From: Chrysomallon squamiferum
Taxonomy: Eukaryota; Animalia; Mollusca
Direction of reading: 5' to 3'
DNA length: 64,000 bases
Assembly: GCA_012295275.1 (NCBI GenBank)
Contig: CM022675.1
Span: 16,802,001 to 16,866,000, forward strand
The translations under genes and the position numbers were made by a program. Under the pieces are notes generated by a model. It saw only the letters and a program-made list of their open reading frames with translations. It made no database searches and was not told the DNA's origin. Positions 21,060 through 37,506 of this stretch are shown piece after piece (the stretch's first letter is position 1; every line of letters starts with the position of its first letter).

Positions 21060-21835
21060 TCAGTGTTTTGTATGGGGGACCGATGAGCTGTGGGGACCTT
21101 TGAGCCAACCCACAAACTTCTAACTGCAAAATGACATCTATCCACCATCAATGCATATGTGACCTTTACCCTCACTGTTTAGAGAGGTTCAGAGAAGTTA
21201 ATCGACACACCAGTCAAAAAGTAGGTTTTTGACTACCCTGGACAGACTATCGTGCTGTATCTGGTATAGAAAGAATGCCTATAAACAAAGAAAGGAAAAC
21301 AGAGGTCTCTTCTCAGCAGAGCTAATGAAGAGCACTGTTCACTACATTGATGAAATCACACAACCAAAAGATGACAATGGGGACTGTGAAGTCCAATGTC
21401 TCAGAAAATCTCTCAGGCACACTATGTCATGTGCATTTACTGAACCTGTCCAGGAAGAAATAAGTTCAGTTGAGGCAGATTTGATTTTGGACGTTCTTGC
21501 TAAACCTGATGTGCAAACTACCAAACGGCAGAAGGTACAATTCAGTGGCAATTTTGATCGGTTCAGTCTTGAATTAGATTCAGCAGTGGTTTAGGACTCT
21601 TGAAACTACACTGAAACCATGGAGATTGAGTCAATAGCACAATATGCCATAGACTAAGGTCAGTGTGTTGAAAATGTAATTCACTCCTTTGTTTATTACC
21701 GTATGTGCATCTGAGATGAAATTTGTAACGGGAATTAAAAAAAAAAGAAGATTTACATGTGTTTTGTTTCCCGCTAGTTTCACTGTTTGAGATCATGGTC
21801 CATATGACCCTAATGGGCGGTTCACTGGTCCCTTG
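21060..21835 (+). mobile_element. internally deleted pogo-like DNA transposon
   Basis: YKQRKENRGLFSAELMKSTV resembles the HTH-psq N-terminus. It is fused directly to a pogo-like C-terminal segment (GDCEVQCLRKS...EEISSV...TTKRQ). Imperfect inverted motifs GGGACCGATGAGC (~21077) and GTTCACTGGTCCC (~21820) flank it. Confidence 0.55.
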
Positions 21836-22572
21836 CCCTGGGGCCCGAGGTGCCACGATGGACAACAACCTGCAGCAGGTGTACAAAACACGATCTGAGG
21901 GACCGTCCATCCAGGGCACTCATTATATCCGATATTTTAGAACGCGTTTTGAAAAAAAAAAAAAATGCCACAATAAAAAATAAATAAATAAAAATAGATA
22001 AATAAATAAATAAATAAAAACAGAATTAAGTAAATGCATATTATAAGGTTGTCTGTATGTAATGATATCGTCAGTTTTAAAGAGAAAAGTAACTCCATGT
22101 TTTCTTCTGTCGTCGATGTTCCATTTGAAATTATTCCCTTCCATGATTTCTCATCTAACCGACTTTTCGTCAAAAATATTCCGTACGAGTGTCGATTATA
22201 TTAATATTGCTGTTTTTTTTTGGTTTTTTTCCTTTCAAAACTGGTTTAAAATTATGTAGACCGAACAACCAAAATCAATTTTAATATCAGTTTTCTTATG
22301 TAAATTTATGAAATTACTGATTATTTATTTTTTAATTTATTACAATACGAACATAAACAACTTTTATCAAATGATAAAGATTTATTAATCAACTCTAAAT
22401 CGATGTATGTTCAACTAGACAAAATAAACAAATTATCGTTACAGCTATTGTATATAATGACAAAACAAAGCACTTTTCAGTTTATTATAAAATAACACGA
22501 TAATACATTGTTAAAAATATTGCTTTGTTATAAAGCGGTCTAATTTTACTTTAAAACTTATTATTATTATTA

Positions 22573-22621
<49 letters not shown>

Positions 22622-23032
22622 GTTTTTATTGTTATTTAGTTTTCGTTTCAGAACTGCTTTAACAAAATCTTTAACATACTTTTATTATTTTGTGAAATAC
22701 GGGATACCTATGATTACTATTTAACCCAATTGTAATTCAGTTCTTTATGTAAGTATATTGTTTTCAGATCGCTAACACAGATTGACAAACACATACAGAT
22801 AGAGATATACATGAAATACATAAATATATAAATGTGTACCCATATTATGTAAATACATACTTGCAAAATATAAACCAGTAAATATACTTAAAAATGACAC
22901 GTTTAAATGGACACATCTTTTGAAAGCAGATGATAGTTTAACAAAAACAAAATGATAACAAACAAACAAACAAACAAACAAACACACACATATAAATAAA
23001 TAAACAAACAAACAAATAAATAAACATACAAA

Positions 23033-23063
<31 letters not shown>

Positions 23064-24463
23064 ACTAATACAATCGATGTCTTCAGAGTGTTATATTTAC
23101 TGTTACATGTATTTTAAGTTGTGAAACCTACAGTAACATTTATGATGTTACATAAATACACTATTGTACATTGCTGGGTTATTTTTGTTATTTTAAAATT
23201 GAATGATTTTTATTTTGTTTTTTTTTTTTTCTAAAAAAGTTAATGTTGAAATTATCTCTTGAAATTATATCTTATGAAAAAAAAGATAGTTTGACATTTT
23301 CAATTCTGAAAAGAAAAAATATTCAAAAACATTTTTTATTCCATTTCATTTCGACTACTCATCATAAAACGACACTAAAACTTCTAGAATAAAATTATTG
23401 ACGTTTTTCATAACTTTATTTGAAAAATATTATATATATATTATTAAATATAACCAGTTTTTTAATTCATATTCACGTCAGAGAGATAATGTATAGACAT
23501 CTGTCGGCAATTAAATTGTCTACAGAGCATACCGAGCAAAAAAGCTTAATAACTTACATTTATGTTCTCTTCATATGTGCTTCATGATACAATAAAATTC
23601 ATGAACTCGAGTATAAATTCATCTGCGATTTCTTTTTTCTTTAGTTTTTTTTTAAAAGGTTTTAAATTATAAAATAATGGTTATAATGAAAAATAACTTC
23701 CTTTTATTCTTTACAAATAAAATATATGTAGTTGAAAAAAAATGTTTTATTAATTAAAATCTAAATACAAGCTGTTACTAATGCAGACACAACGTAAAGA
23801 ATAAAAAAAAAAAAATGATATTAGAATATCTTAATATAATACTAAAATTAATGAATTTATATTATTAGCTAATTATGATTGTATATTTATTATATAAGTT
23901 ATCACAGTTGTATTTTTGTATTTATCTATTTATAAATACATTTTTATTATTTTTATTTTTTAAATAAAGGGTTTTATGTAACGGGCTAACCATGATTAGA
24001 TTATATATATTAATTGCATGTATTTTTAAAGTATTTTGTAATTATAAATGTTTCTGTAATTTCACGTGCAGTAGTTTGTTAAAATTAAATTTCATTATCA
24101 GTAATAAAAAAAAAAAAAATTAAATAAGATTTATATTGGAATTCAGATTAAGGGTTTTGTTACCTAAGAAACTGGAAAAAAAGGCCATGTAATCTCTGCT
24201 GTAAAAATAAAATCAAAGTTCGTAGGCCCTTGGCTGAGAAAACCAAAGTAGCAACAAAGAAATTGTTTTTCTTTCTCTGTCTGGTTTCACTTCTAGTGTT
24301 TTTCCGTTCGGGTGAGTATATTCTCTTATTATGTTTTATCTTGTAACCAGTCTTACAAATTATTGCTAATATAAAATATCGTTTATTTTATTTTCATAGA
24401 ATTGCTCTCTCTCTCTCTCTGTTTCTCTCTCTCTATTTGTTTTTTCTCTCTCTATCTCTATTT

Positions 24464-24560
<97 letters not shown>

Positions 24561-25236
24561 ACAGTTCCATCGTCTAGTACTAGTTCTATGATTATTACTA
24601 TTACTCTGCTGAAGCCACTACTACTACTGCTCTATCACTAATGCTACCACCACTTCTGATGCGACTGCACTATAGTATTATTATTATTATTTTATTTGAA
24701 AACAGATGAGGGTTTCTGTTATGCTGATTGTTGTCATAAACCTGCCTTGAAGCATACAGGCAAACAAATCATTTCGTCTTTTGAGAAAGAAGAATTTAGC
24801 CTCGCCTCATAAAACATACACAAGTATTCCAGGGGAATTAACCCATAATTATATACATTTTTTTTTTTTTAAATTTCAGGTTTACTTCCCTTTTAGTTTC
24901 CTTCCATATGCAGTGACAGGTGAATAAAAAAAAAATCATTATTGTGGACACTGAATAGATCGAGTTGTATTTTCTGTATTTCAGTCTGTGGTGAATAAAA
25001 CATGAATGAGTGGGAGTAAACGAAAGATTCCAAACAGAAAGAATGAGATGAAAGAATAATACGATTATTCATTTAGCTGTTACTGTTTTATTAAAATACG
25101 CTCGTAAAATTCAGCTAAATAAATATGACATATAATTGTGTTTTTTTTAAAATACATAAATATATAGATAAAGTTTAATAACAACAAACACACATACAAA
25201 ATCAGATTCATATACATATTACATACTCACATAGAA

Positions 25237-25274
<38 letters not shown>

Positions 25275-26373
25275 GACACACACACGGAACAAATAACATT
25301 CTATTTGTAACAAACATGCTTTACCATTCTAAAAATGTACATTTTAGTGAATGAGAAAAAAATGTATAAAACAATTCAACGATTCTCCTAATTTATTATA
25401 TATATTTTGTATTATTATTACTGACTCATATATGATATTCAAATACAAAATTATTTAGCTTTGTTTCGATTACGTTTGAATAAAATAAATGTGTTCAGTC
25501 AACAGATAACATAAATAGTAGAGTCTGTTGCAGGTGAAATACACGGTAAAAAACCAACAGTAACAATATTTAATAATAAAAAGTATTAAAAATTAAAAAT
25601 GATAAAACCCATATACATAAATAATTTTCACACGTGTACACACAGACATACAAAACATTCAGTAACTTTACTTACGTAGCTATATTTCAAAAAATTACAT
25701 ACGCACGTTCAAACATGCATACATGAAAAGACAAACATACGTACATACTATATTTACACACAGATATAAATATATTCTTAAATAAACATAATATCTATTA
25801 AAGTTTTAAAATAATGCTTCATATTTTTTAACTGGTTTTTCTTTTACTTTTGAGATAAAACATGAAACATTTAAAATCTCATAAAAATGTAAATCTTTGA
25901 ATATTTTAATCTTCATTCAATTATAAAATTTAAATATTTAAAATTTTATTAAAGTGTAAAATTCTAAAGATTTGAAAATTTAATTAAATTTCATTTAAGT
26001 ATTAAAAGAGTTATTAAAACATAAAGTATATGCACATGCACACATATATGTGAACATACACAAGCCTATAATAATGTAAACAAATGCACTGACATCAATG
26101 CCATGGATGAAAGACATGTTGCATGAGTAACAATGTTAATCATTTTGATGATGATTATAATACTGATAAGATCAGCTATAAGAAGTATAAAAATAACAGC
26201 GTTACATATCATCATGTTCATGATGATGACATATGATTTTGATTGTAAACAATAAAAATAATTTAAAAAAAAAAAACAAAGAAGAAAAAACTGAATTGAG
26301 AATCAGATCATATCCTGCTTAGAGGAAAGCTACAGTCAGCTATTTGTGCAAATCTCTCAGTCCGCTAGGTCCG

Positions 26374-30339
<3,966 letters not shown>

Positions 30340-30459
30340 ACTTTTAAAGGACAATGAAACAACGTCACAAACAAGTCGCCAGTCAACGACAGACGTTCGT
30401 GCGGCCAGTTTCTCCAAAAGAAACTCACCTGACGAGGTGTGACGAACGACGAGCTTAGC

Positions 30460-30472
30460 CTTATTTAAATAA
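30460..30472 (-). promoter_or_regulatory. TATA-like box of the PLPP gene
   Basis: TATTTAAATAAGG on the minus strand, ~125 nt upstream of the ATG, inside a CpG-rich patch. Confidence 0.4.
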
Positions 30473-30640
30473 TCGCCGCACGAATATTTTACTGAAGTGA
30501 AAATGCCAGGCTATACAGCAATGTCATTGTCCACTTTAATAATTAAATCTGATACCGCTGACAATTTTATTTTTATTATTTTTTCTTTTTCTGAAATACT
30601 ACCACTACTACTACTTCTACCACTAACAATAATAATAACA

Positions 30641-30737
<97 letters not shown>

Positions 30738-30826
30738 CAACAACAACATCTGGGTTTTTTCGGATTTTATTCTTTCACTTTTTTCTTACACAGTTATTAT
30801 GTAAGCGTTAGACCTGCATTATATCG

Positions 30827-31392
30827 ATAACATTTATATGAATATTCATAAGTTAAAAAAAAAAGAAAAAAAAAAAGAGGAATATACTAATGTAAAATTG
30901 AGTAAATTTTCTGAAAGTTTTTAGTTTTTAGTTTTATTTTATTTCAAAGTCATTTTATATCAATAACATTTATATGAATATTCATAAGTTAAAAAAAAAA
31001 AAAAAAAAAAAAAAAGAGGAATATACTAATGTAAAATTGAGTAAATTTTCTGAAAGTTTTTAGTTTTTAGTTTTATTTTATTTCAAAGTCATTTTATATC
31101 AATAACATTTATATGAATATTCACAGGTTAAAAAAAAAAAGAAAAAAAAGAGGAAAATACTAATGTAAAATTGAGTAAATTTTCTGAAAGTTTTTAGTTT
31201 TTAGTTTTATTTTATTTCAAAGTCATTTTATATCAATAACATTTATATGAATATTCACAGGTTAAAAAAAAAAGAAAAAAAAGAGGAAAATACTAATGTA
31301 AAATTGAGTAAATTTTCTGAAAGTTTTTAGTTTTTAGTTTTATTTTATTTCAAAGTCATTTTATATCAATAACATTTATATGAATATTCACA

Positions 31393-31426
<34 letters not shown>

Positions 31427-31465
31427 AACAGCAAAATACTAATGTAAAATTGAGTTTTTAGTTTT
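30827..31465. repeat. ~135-bp tandem repeat, about 4.7 copies, each with a variable poly(A) tract
   Basis: Units start at ~30827, 30963, 31102, 31236 and 31369 (ATAACATTTATATGAATATTCA...). They are near-identical apart from the A-run. Confidence 0.95.
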
Positions 31466-31556
31466 CTGGCCAGCATGCACAAACGCACACACGAACATAC
31501 GGGTAACGACGTTAATGTCAACTGGAAAATGGAATGTATGCATACACAACTGTATT

Positions 31557-32401
31557 TTATTCATCTGGATCTGTAGAACACTGCCCGGTAAACATCTGAT
31601 CGGTGATGTCAATCCACGAGGTCGACACCCACTTAGAGCCAATAAGTACAGGACACGCGAAATGCTTCATGCGATATATTACAGAACCATTCTTGTAATA
31701 ATTGTACCATATCGCTGCTGATCTCTTCTCTGGAAATATCTTCAGTCCATAAGAAGGAAAAACAGTAGCACCACCGGCTTCCACGTCACTCAAATAAAAC
31801 AGCCAAGTAGCAATTCTATTAGAATATTTATCATATGGGTTATCTGATCCCGTATCTAAGTGGGGCTGAAAATAGCCACCAATCCCATAGTTAGAAGCGT
31901 GCCACAGAACACATGGATCAACAACAAGGCCCGTAATCGCTGCAGTTCTTTGGTTAATTCTCATCAGAGCAAGGCTGTCAGAAGGAACATGTGCACTTTT
32001 ACCAATTCGAAAATCAGCCTGACCAAAGACTTTCTTTCCCGTCGACATTATCATTGGAACAGCGAGTCTTTTGAATTCTGAAAGTTCTTGTTCACTAATC
32101 ACATCGTGATAAAGAGAAATTTTAGGAGACAGGAGAAGTTCCTCTTCTTTTGCCGGCTGAAGAACTAGCAGTGGATGATTATTGTTGTTATAGTAACGAC
32201 ATCTCAAATGATGTGGATACTTTACTTGTAGTAGAAAATTATCAGGGCAAAATTTGTCAAACCTGAACCACCGCGCTATTCTGTCAAAATAATAATTGGA
32301 AGAAATTAAGATTAACAATTGCAGCAGAAACAACAACAACAACAACAAACAATAATAATAATAATAACAATGTACTAGTAGGAGAAGAAGAAGAAAAAGA
32401 A

Positions 32402-32434
<33 letters not shown>

Positions 32435-33430
32435 AAAACAGGGACAAGAAGAAAGGACGGAATAAAGATTTAAAGAACCCAACTATAAACTGTCCTTACA
32501 CAATCATTATCTTCATTAGTACTACTATTACTAAAACAAATACTACTATCATCATTAATCAGTTAACTAATTTATTTAATAATACTATTTTGTTCGTACT
32601 TTTATATACCTGTTTTTATCTCGTTTTATCTCTTTGTAAATGTCATCTGAATGACATTCACGTTTTAATTTGTCTTCATAAAACTTCTTTTTCTTCAAAG
32701 CTCTCTTCAGAGTCGGATCTAATTTTAACTGTTCTTTAGTCAGCTCTAGAGCCAGACCAAACCTCTTTTTGTTTTCACATGCTCGTACACAGTAATCTAA
32801 AATTACCACTCGAGATATGCTTTTATTTTCTTCGTCGTTTGCCAAATCAAGTGCAGTTTTCATCCACTGATATGAATGATAAAAACTGTGGACATCGAAT
32901 GCAAGACTACCTAACTGAAAACAGTCTTCTGCTGACAAAGGTGGAACACGTTTTCCACTGATGTAACCCTTTGCTAAGTTTGTGCTGTTCAGTTCGTATG
33001 AATCTTGAATGAGGAAGATTGATCTGGCAGTACCCTTTAAATCTACAAGTGAAGGAAGATGTTCATGTAATGCAGCTAGCTCAGCAAGAAGAGTTTTCGA
33101 TGCTCCGATTTCTTCGAGAACGACGGCAACATCTCGATTCCAATCCAAAGCGAAACGTTTAATGAACTGAAAAGCACCGTTTGGATTGGCTATGTAATAC
33201 ACAGGATCCGCTAACGCTTTCGAACTGTGTGCTTCCATTTCGTCTGCAATCCTTGACAACTTGTCCAGGTTTGTCTCTTTGTCACGTGCTCGAATGTAGT
33301 CTTTCATTAGTTGAGCCATGTCTTTTTCAGCGTGTAATGCACCATACAAATGTGACACTGATGTGTAAAATTCGGCATTTGTGGAACTGGTCACTAAAAA
33401 TATAGTCAAGACATAGAAACAGCTATGCAT
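31557..33430 (-). CDS. P4HA: prolyl 4-hydroxylase alpha subunit-like, ~514 aa. Two coding exons: 33430-32610 and 32280-31557
   Basis: Signal peptide followed by EFYTS; ANPNGAFQFIKR; LSAEDCFQLG (TPR); LRCRY..NNHPLLVLQPAKEE; NYGIGGYFQPHLD (HxD); NRIATWLFYLSDVEAGGATVFP; KHFACPVLIGSKW. The phase-2 GT-AG intron 32609-32281 joins the frames. Confidence 0.9.
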
Positions 33431-33970
33431 ATTTAAGAAAATGGAGGAATTAAATTCTACTATACAGTTATGTAAGTTATGTTTTACACATCACAGCGTT
33501 TATGAATAAAGTGAAAACTTTAACGATGTCATCACCGACAATAAATAATATTTAATACGTGAATGGTGCTGTCAGTATAAAAATAAATATTAAAACATTC
33601 ACGTTAATGAAATATGAGCGACTTTTTTTATTTATATATGTAAAGTATGTTATAAACCTTGACTGAAATACAGAACAGAATACTTTAAAATGCAAAATGC
33701 ATAATAACGATTGTAGAAAAATATATTTACAAAATATGTAACAATACCTATATTACTACTACTACCACCATCACCACACATAATAATAACAATAACAATA
33801 ACAATAATAATAGTTGTTATTATTGTTGTTGTTGTTGTTGTTATTTTGATTATTATTATGTTAAAAAGATCTATTTCGACAAATTGTTAATTGTGTAAAA
33901 CTTTAGACATAAGTAGTTTATATCTGATGGTATTAATTGAATGCAGATACTTTTAAATTATTATTATATA

Positions 33971-34540
33971 AGTTCATAAGAAGGAAAAACTGTAGCACCA
34001 CCGGCTTCCACGTCACTCAAATAAAACAGCCATGTAGCTATTCTATAAGAATATTTATCATATGGGTTATCTGATCCCGTATCTAAGTGGGGCTGAAAAT
34101 AGCCACCAATCCCATAGTTAGAAGCGTGCCACAGAACACATGGATCAACAACAAGGCCCGTAATCGCTGCAGTTCTTTGGTTAATTCTCATCAGAACAAG
34201 GCCGTCAGAAGGAACATGTGCACTTTTACCAATTCGAAAATCAGCCTGACAAAGACTTTCTTTCCCGTCGACATTATCATTGGAACAGCGAGTCTTTTGA
34301 ATTCTGAAAGTTCTTGTTCACTAATCACATCGTGATAAAGAGAAATTTTAGGAGATAGGAGAAGTTCCTGTTCTTTTGCCGGCTGAAGAACTAGCAGTGG
34401 ATGATTATTGTTGTTATTGTAACGGCATCTGAAATGATGTCGGTATTTTTAACTTGTTGTCGAAAATTATCAGGGCAAAATTTGCTAAATGTCGTTTTCC
34501 GGGCTATACTGACCAAATAATAACAACAACAGCAACAACA

Positions 34541-34583
<43 letters not shown>

Positions 34584-35239
34584 GAAGAAGAATCGTATAC
34601 AGTAATCTAAAATTACCACTCGAGATATGCTTTTATTTTCTTCGTCGTTTGCCAAATCAAGTGCAGTTTTCATCCACTGATATGAATGATAAAAATTGTG
34701 GACATCGAATGCAAGACTACCTAACTGAAAACAGTCTTCTGCTGACAAAGCTGGAACACGTTTTCCACTGATGTAACCCTTTGCTAAGTTTGTACTGTTT
34801 AGTTCGTATGAATCTTGAATGAGGAAGATTGATCTGGCAGTACCCTTTAAATCTACAAGTGAAGGAAGATGTTCATGTAATGCAGCTAGCTCAGCAAGAA
34901 GAGTTTGCGATGCTCCGATTTCTTCGAGAACGACGGCAACATCTCGATTCCAATCCAAAGCGAAACGTTTAATGAACTGAAAAGCACCGTTTGGATTGGC
35001 TATGTAATACATAGGATCCGCTAACGCTTTCGAACTGTGTGCTTCCATTTCGTCTGCAATCCTTGACAACTTGTCCAGGTTTGTCTCTTTGTCACGTGCA
35101 CGAATGTAGTCTTTCATTAGTTGAACCAGATCTTTTTCAGCGTGTAATGCACCATACAAATGTGACCCTGATGTGTAAAATTCGTCATTTGTTGAACTGG
35201 CACTAAAAATAAAGTAAAGACATAGAAAACGCATCGCAT
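33971..35239 (-). pseudogene. P4HA tandem copy 2, pseudogene
   Basis: Core is near-identical to copy 1. Lesions: 1-nt deletion in the signal peptide, loss of the exon-1 3' end and donor (~34595), frameshifts near 34448 and 34250, and truncation after VFPSY so the distal His and Lys are missing. Confidence 0.85.
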
Positions 35240-35504
35240 ACTTAAGAAATGAGAGGAATTAAATCTTATTGCACAATTATGGTGATTAGGTTTTACAAAT
35301 CACAGCGAAAACTGTAACAATGAAACTGACAATAAACAATATTTCGTACATGTATGATGGCAGTAGTTAAAAAAAAAAAAAAAAAAAAAGAAAGACAGAT
35401 CAAAGATAAAGACTGATGTTAAATATTGAACTATTGTTGGATTCCATTTCTATCTCTAAAATATATTGTGCTAAAGATTAATTTGTAGAATAATGCATTT
35501 CTGA

Positions 35505-35562
<58 letters not shown>

Positions 35563-36739
35563 CAAATGAAGTATCTACCGCATTAGAAATGTCATTTACC
35601 ATGACAACAACCGTCTATGAAATGTGCACACTACATTTTAAAATAATAGTCCATTTCTGTCATTCAAATTCTTAAATGACATTTTAGAATATTATCATTA
35701 TAATTAATCTGACAACATGAATATGATATGCATACATGTCAAATATGCACATAATATGACACCTGTGTAGTTTTCAATTGATTTTAAATTGTTTATCTTA
35801 ATCCTGCCTTATTTCGTTAAATATATTTAGCTTTCTGTCTTTTGGTCACAAATTTTATTCACAGATTATCGGCCACTCCTTGAAATTTGATCGAAGGGGC
35901 TGATGTTGGAAACTATCATGGGTTTCTTTTTATTATGGTTCATTTAATTAATCAGTTAATTTATTTATATTAATAGTAGAGACGAGTATGACATTTTGTT
36001 TAGAGCAATTTCTCACTATACTTTTTTCACACTTAGCTAACAGAACACTGAACCTGCATTACGTTTTCAGCACAGTGGAAACGATATTATCATTATCACG
36101 ACAATACATTGGTGGAAGTAAAACAAGTAGTACTTAAATATCATAAATATAAAAACAAAGTGTTTTCATGAAGAAGGTAAACACCGACTCGTTAATTATC
36201 TAAGATAATATATTTTAACAATTTCCTACCGTCCCCAGAGAGGAAGCGGCCCAACGAAGCTGTTCTTTCCTCAGACCCATTTCACTGTTGTCCTTATGCT
36301 TTTTTTATATCATAAACACATGTCGAATATGCATATAAAGAACACATCTGTATGGTTTTCAGCTGATTAAAAACCATTTGATTTTAGTCCCGCATTATTT
36401 CGTTAAATATATTTTGCTTTCTCTGTGTTTTGGTCAGCTCTTTCACTCACAGATAATCGGCCAGTCCTCGATTTAGTTTATTTTAATAAGTCGTAAAATG
36501 TTCGTTCCGCCCCAGAGCGGAAGCAGTCTAACAACAGGGTTAGTTTGTTGTTTTTGTAACTGTGGTAAAGGGATTCTGGGTCTTTTGCATTTTCAGTATA
36601 AACTGTTTTAATACTAAACTAAATAAACAAGTTTATGTTCGTCTGGAGATGGCTTCATATTACAAATAAACAAAAAAATAATAATAGTGATGGACAAAAC
36701 ACTAAATTAATTCAATACACGATTCCTAATTCCTATGTG

Positions 36740-36811
<72 letters not shown>

Positions 36812-36961
36812 ATACAATATTTACATTTTCTTTCAATAGCCGCGACTAGAAATAAATCTTATTTTACCACATGGATGATACACAGGTACACAACATTAAC
36901 GTTAACTGGAAAGGCTGGAGAAGGAAATAAAACAATATTTTAGTTAATATGTTTTGATCAT

Positions 36962-37287
36962 TTATTTATCTGGATCTGTGGAACATGGCCGGGCAAATAT
37001 TTGTCATATTGGTCAATGTCCTTTTATCTACGTGGGGCTGAAAATAGCCACCAATCCCATAGTTAGAAGCGTGCCACAGAACACATGGATCAACAACAAG
37101 GCCCGTAATCGCTGCAGTTCTTTGGATATTTCTCATCAGAACAAGGCTGTCAGAAGGAACATGTGCACTTTTACCAATTCGAAAATCAGCCTGACCAAAG
37201 ACTTTCTTTCCTATCGACATTTATCATTGGATTTTGAATTCTGAAATTTTTGTTCCGTAATCACATCGTGATAAAGAGAAATTTTAG
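36962..37287 (-). pseudogene. P4HA tandem copy 3, internally deleted exon-2 fragment
   Basis: KISLYHDVI...GKKVFGQADFRIGKSAHV...NYGIGGYFQPHVD jumps straight to the tail (PCSTDPDK*). It is 5'-truncated at 37287. Confidence 0.85.
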
Positions 37288-37506
37288 TAAAAAAAATGAA
37301 TTAACAAGTGCAGTAAGATGTATATGCTTTTTAAGTTTTTTGAACAATCAGTTTAATTTTGTATAACACCTAAACAAAATTAAAACTATTTTTAATAATA
37401 TTTTAGAGTTTGATAAAATAAATAACGTGACAGCAGAAAAAAAAACATTTAATTTATTTTTATACTGGATATTATTATTAATTGAAAATAATAAGGGAGG
37501 TGATAA

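Noticed and set aside
20611-21123. Cys-rich repetitive ORFs resembling metallothionein or keratin-associated proteins
   Set aside because: Open in several frames on both strands because of the 14-bp minisatellite.
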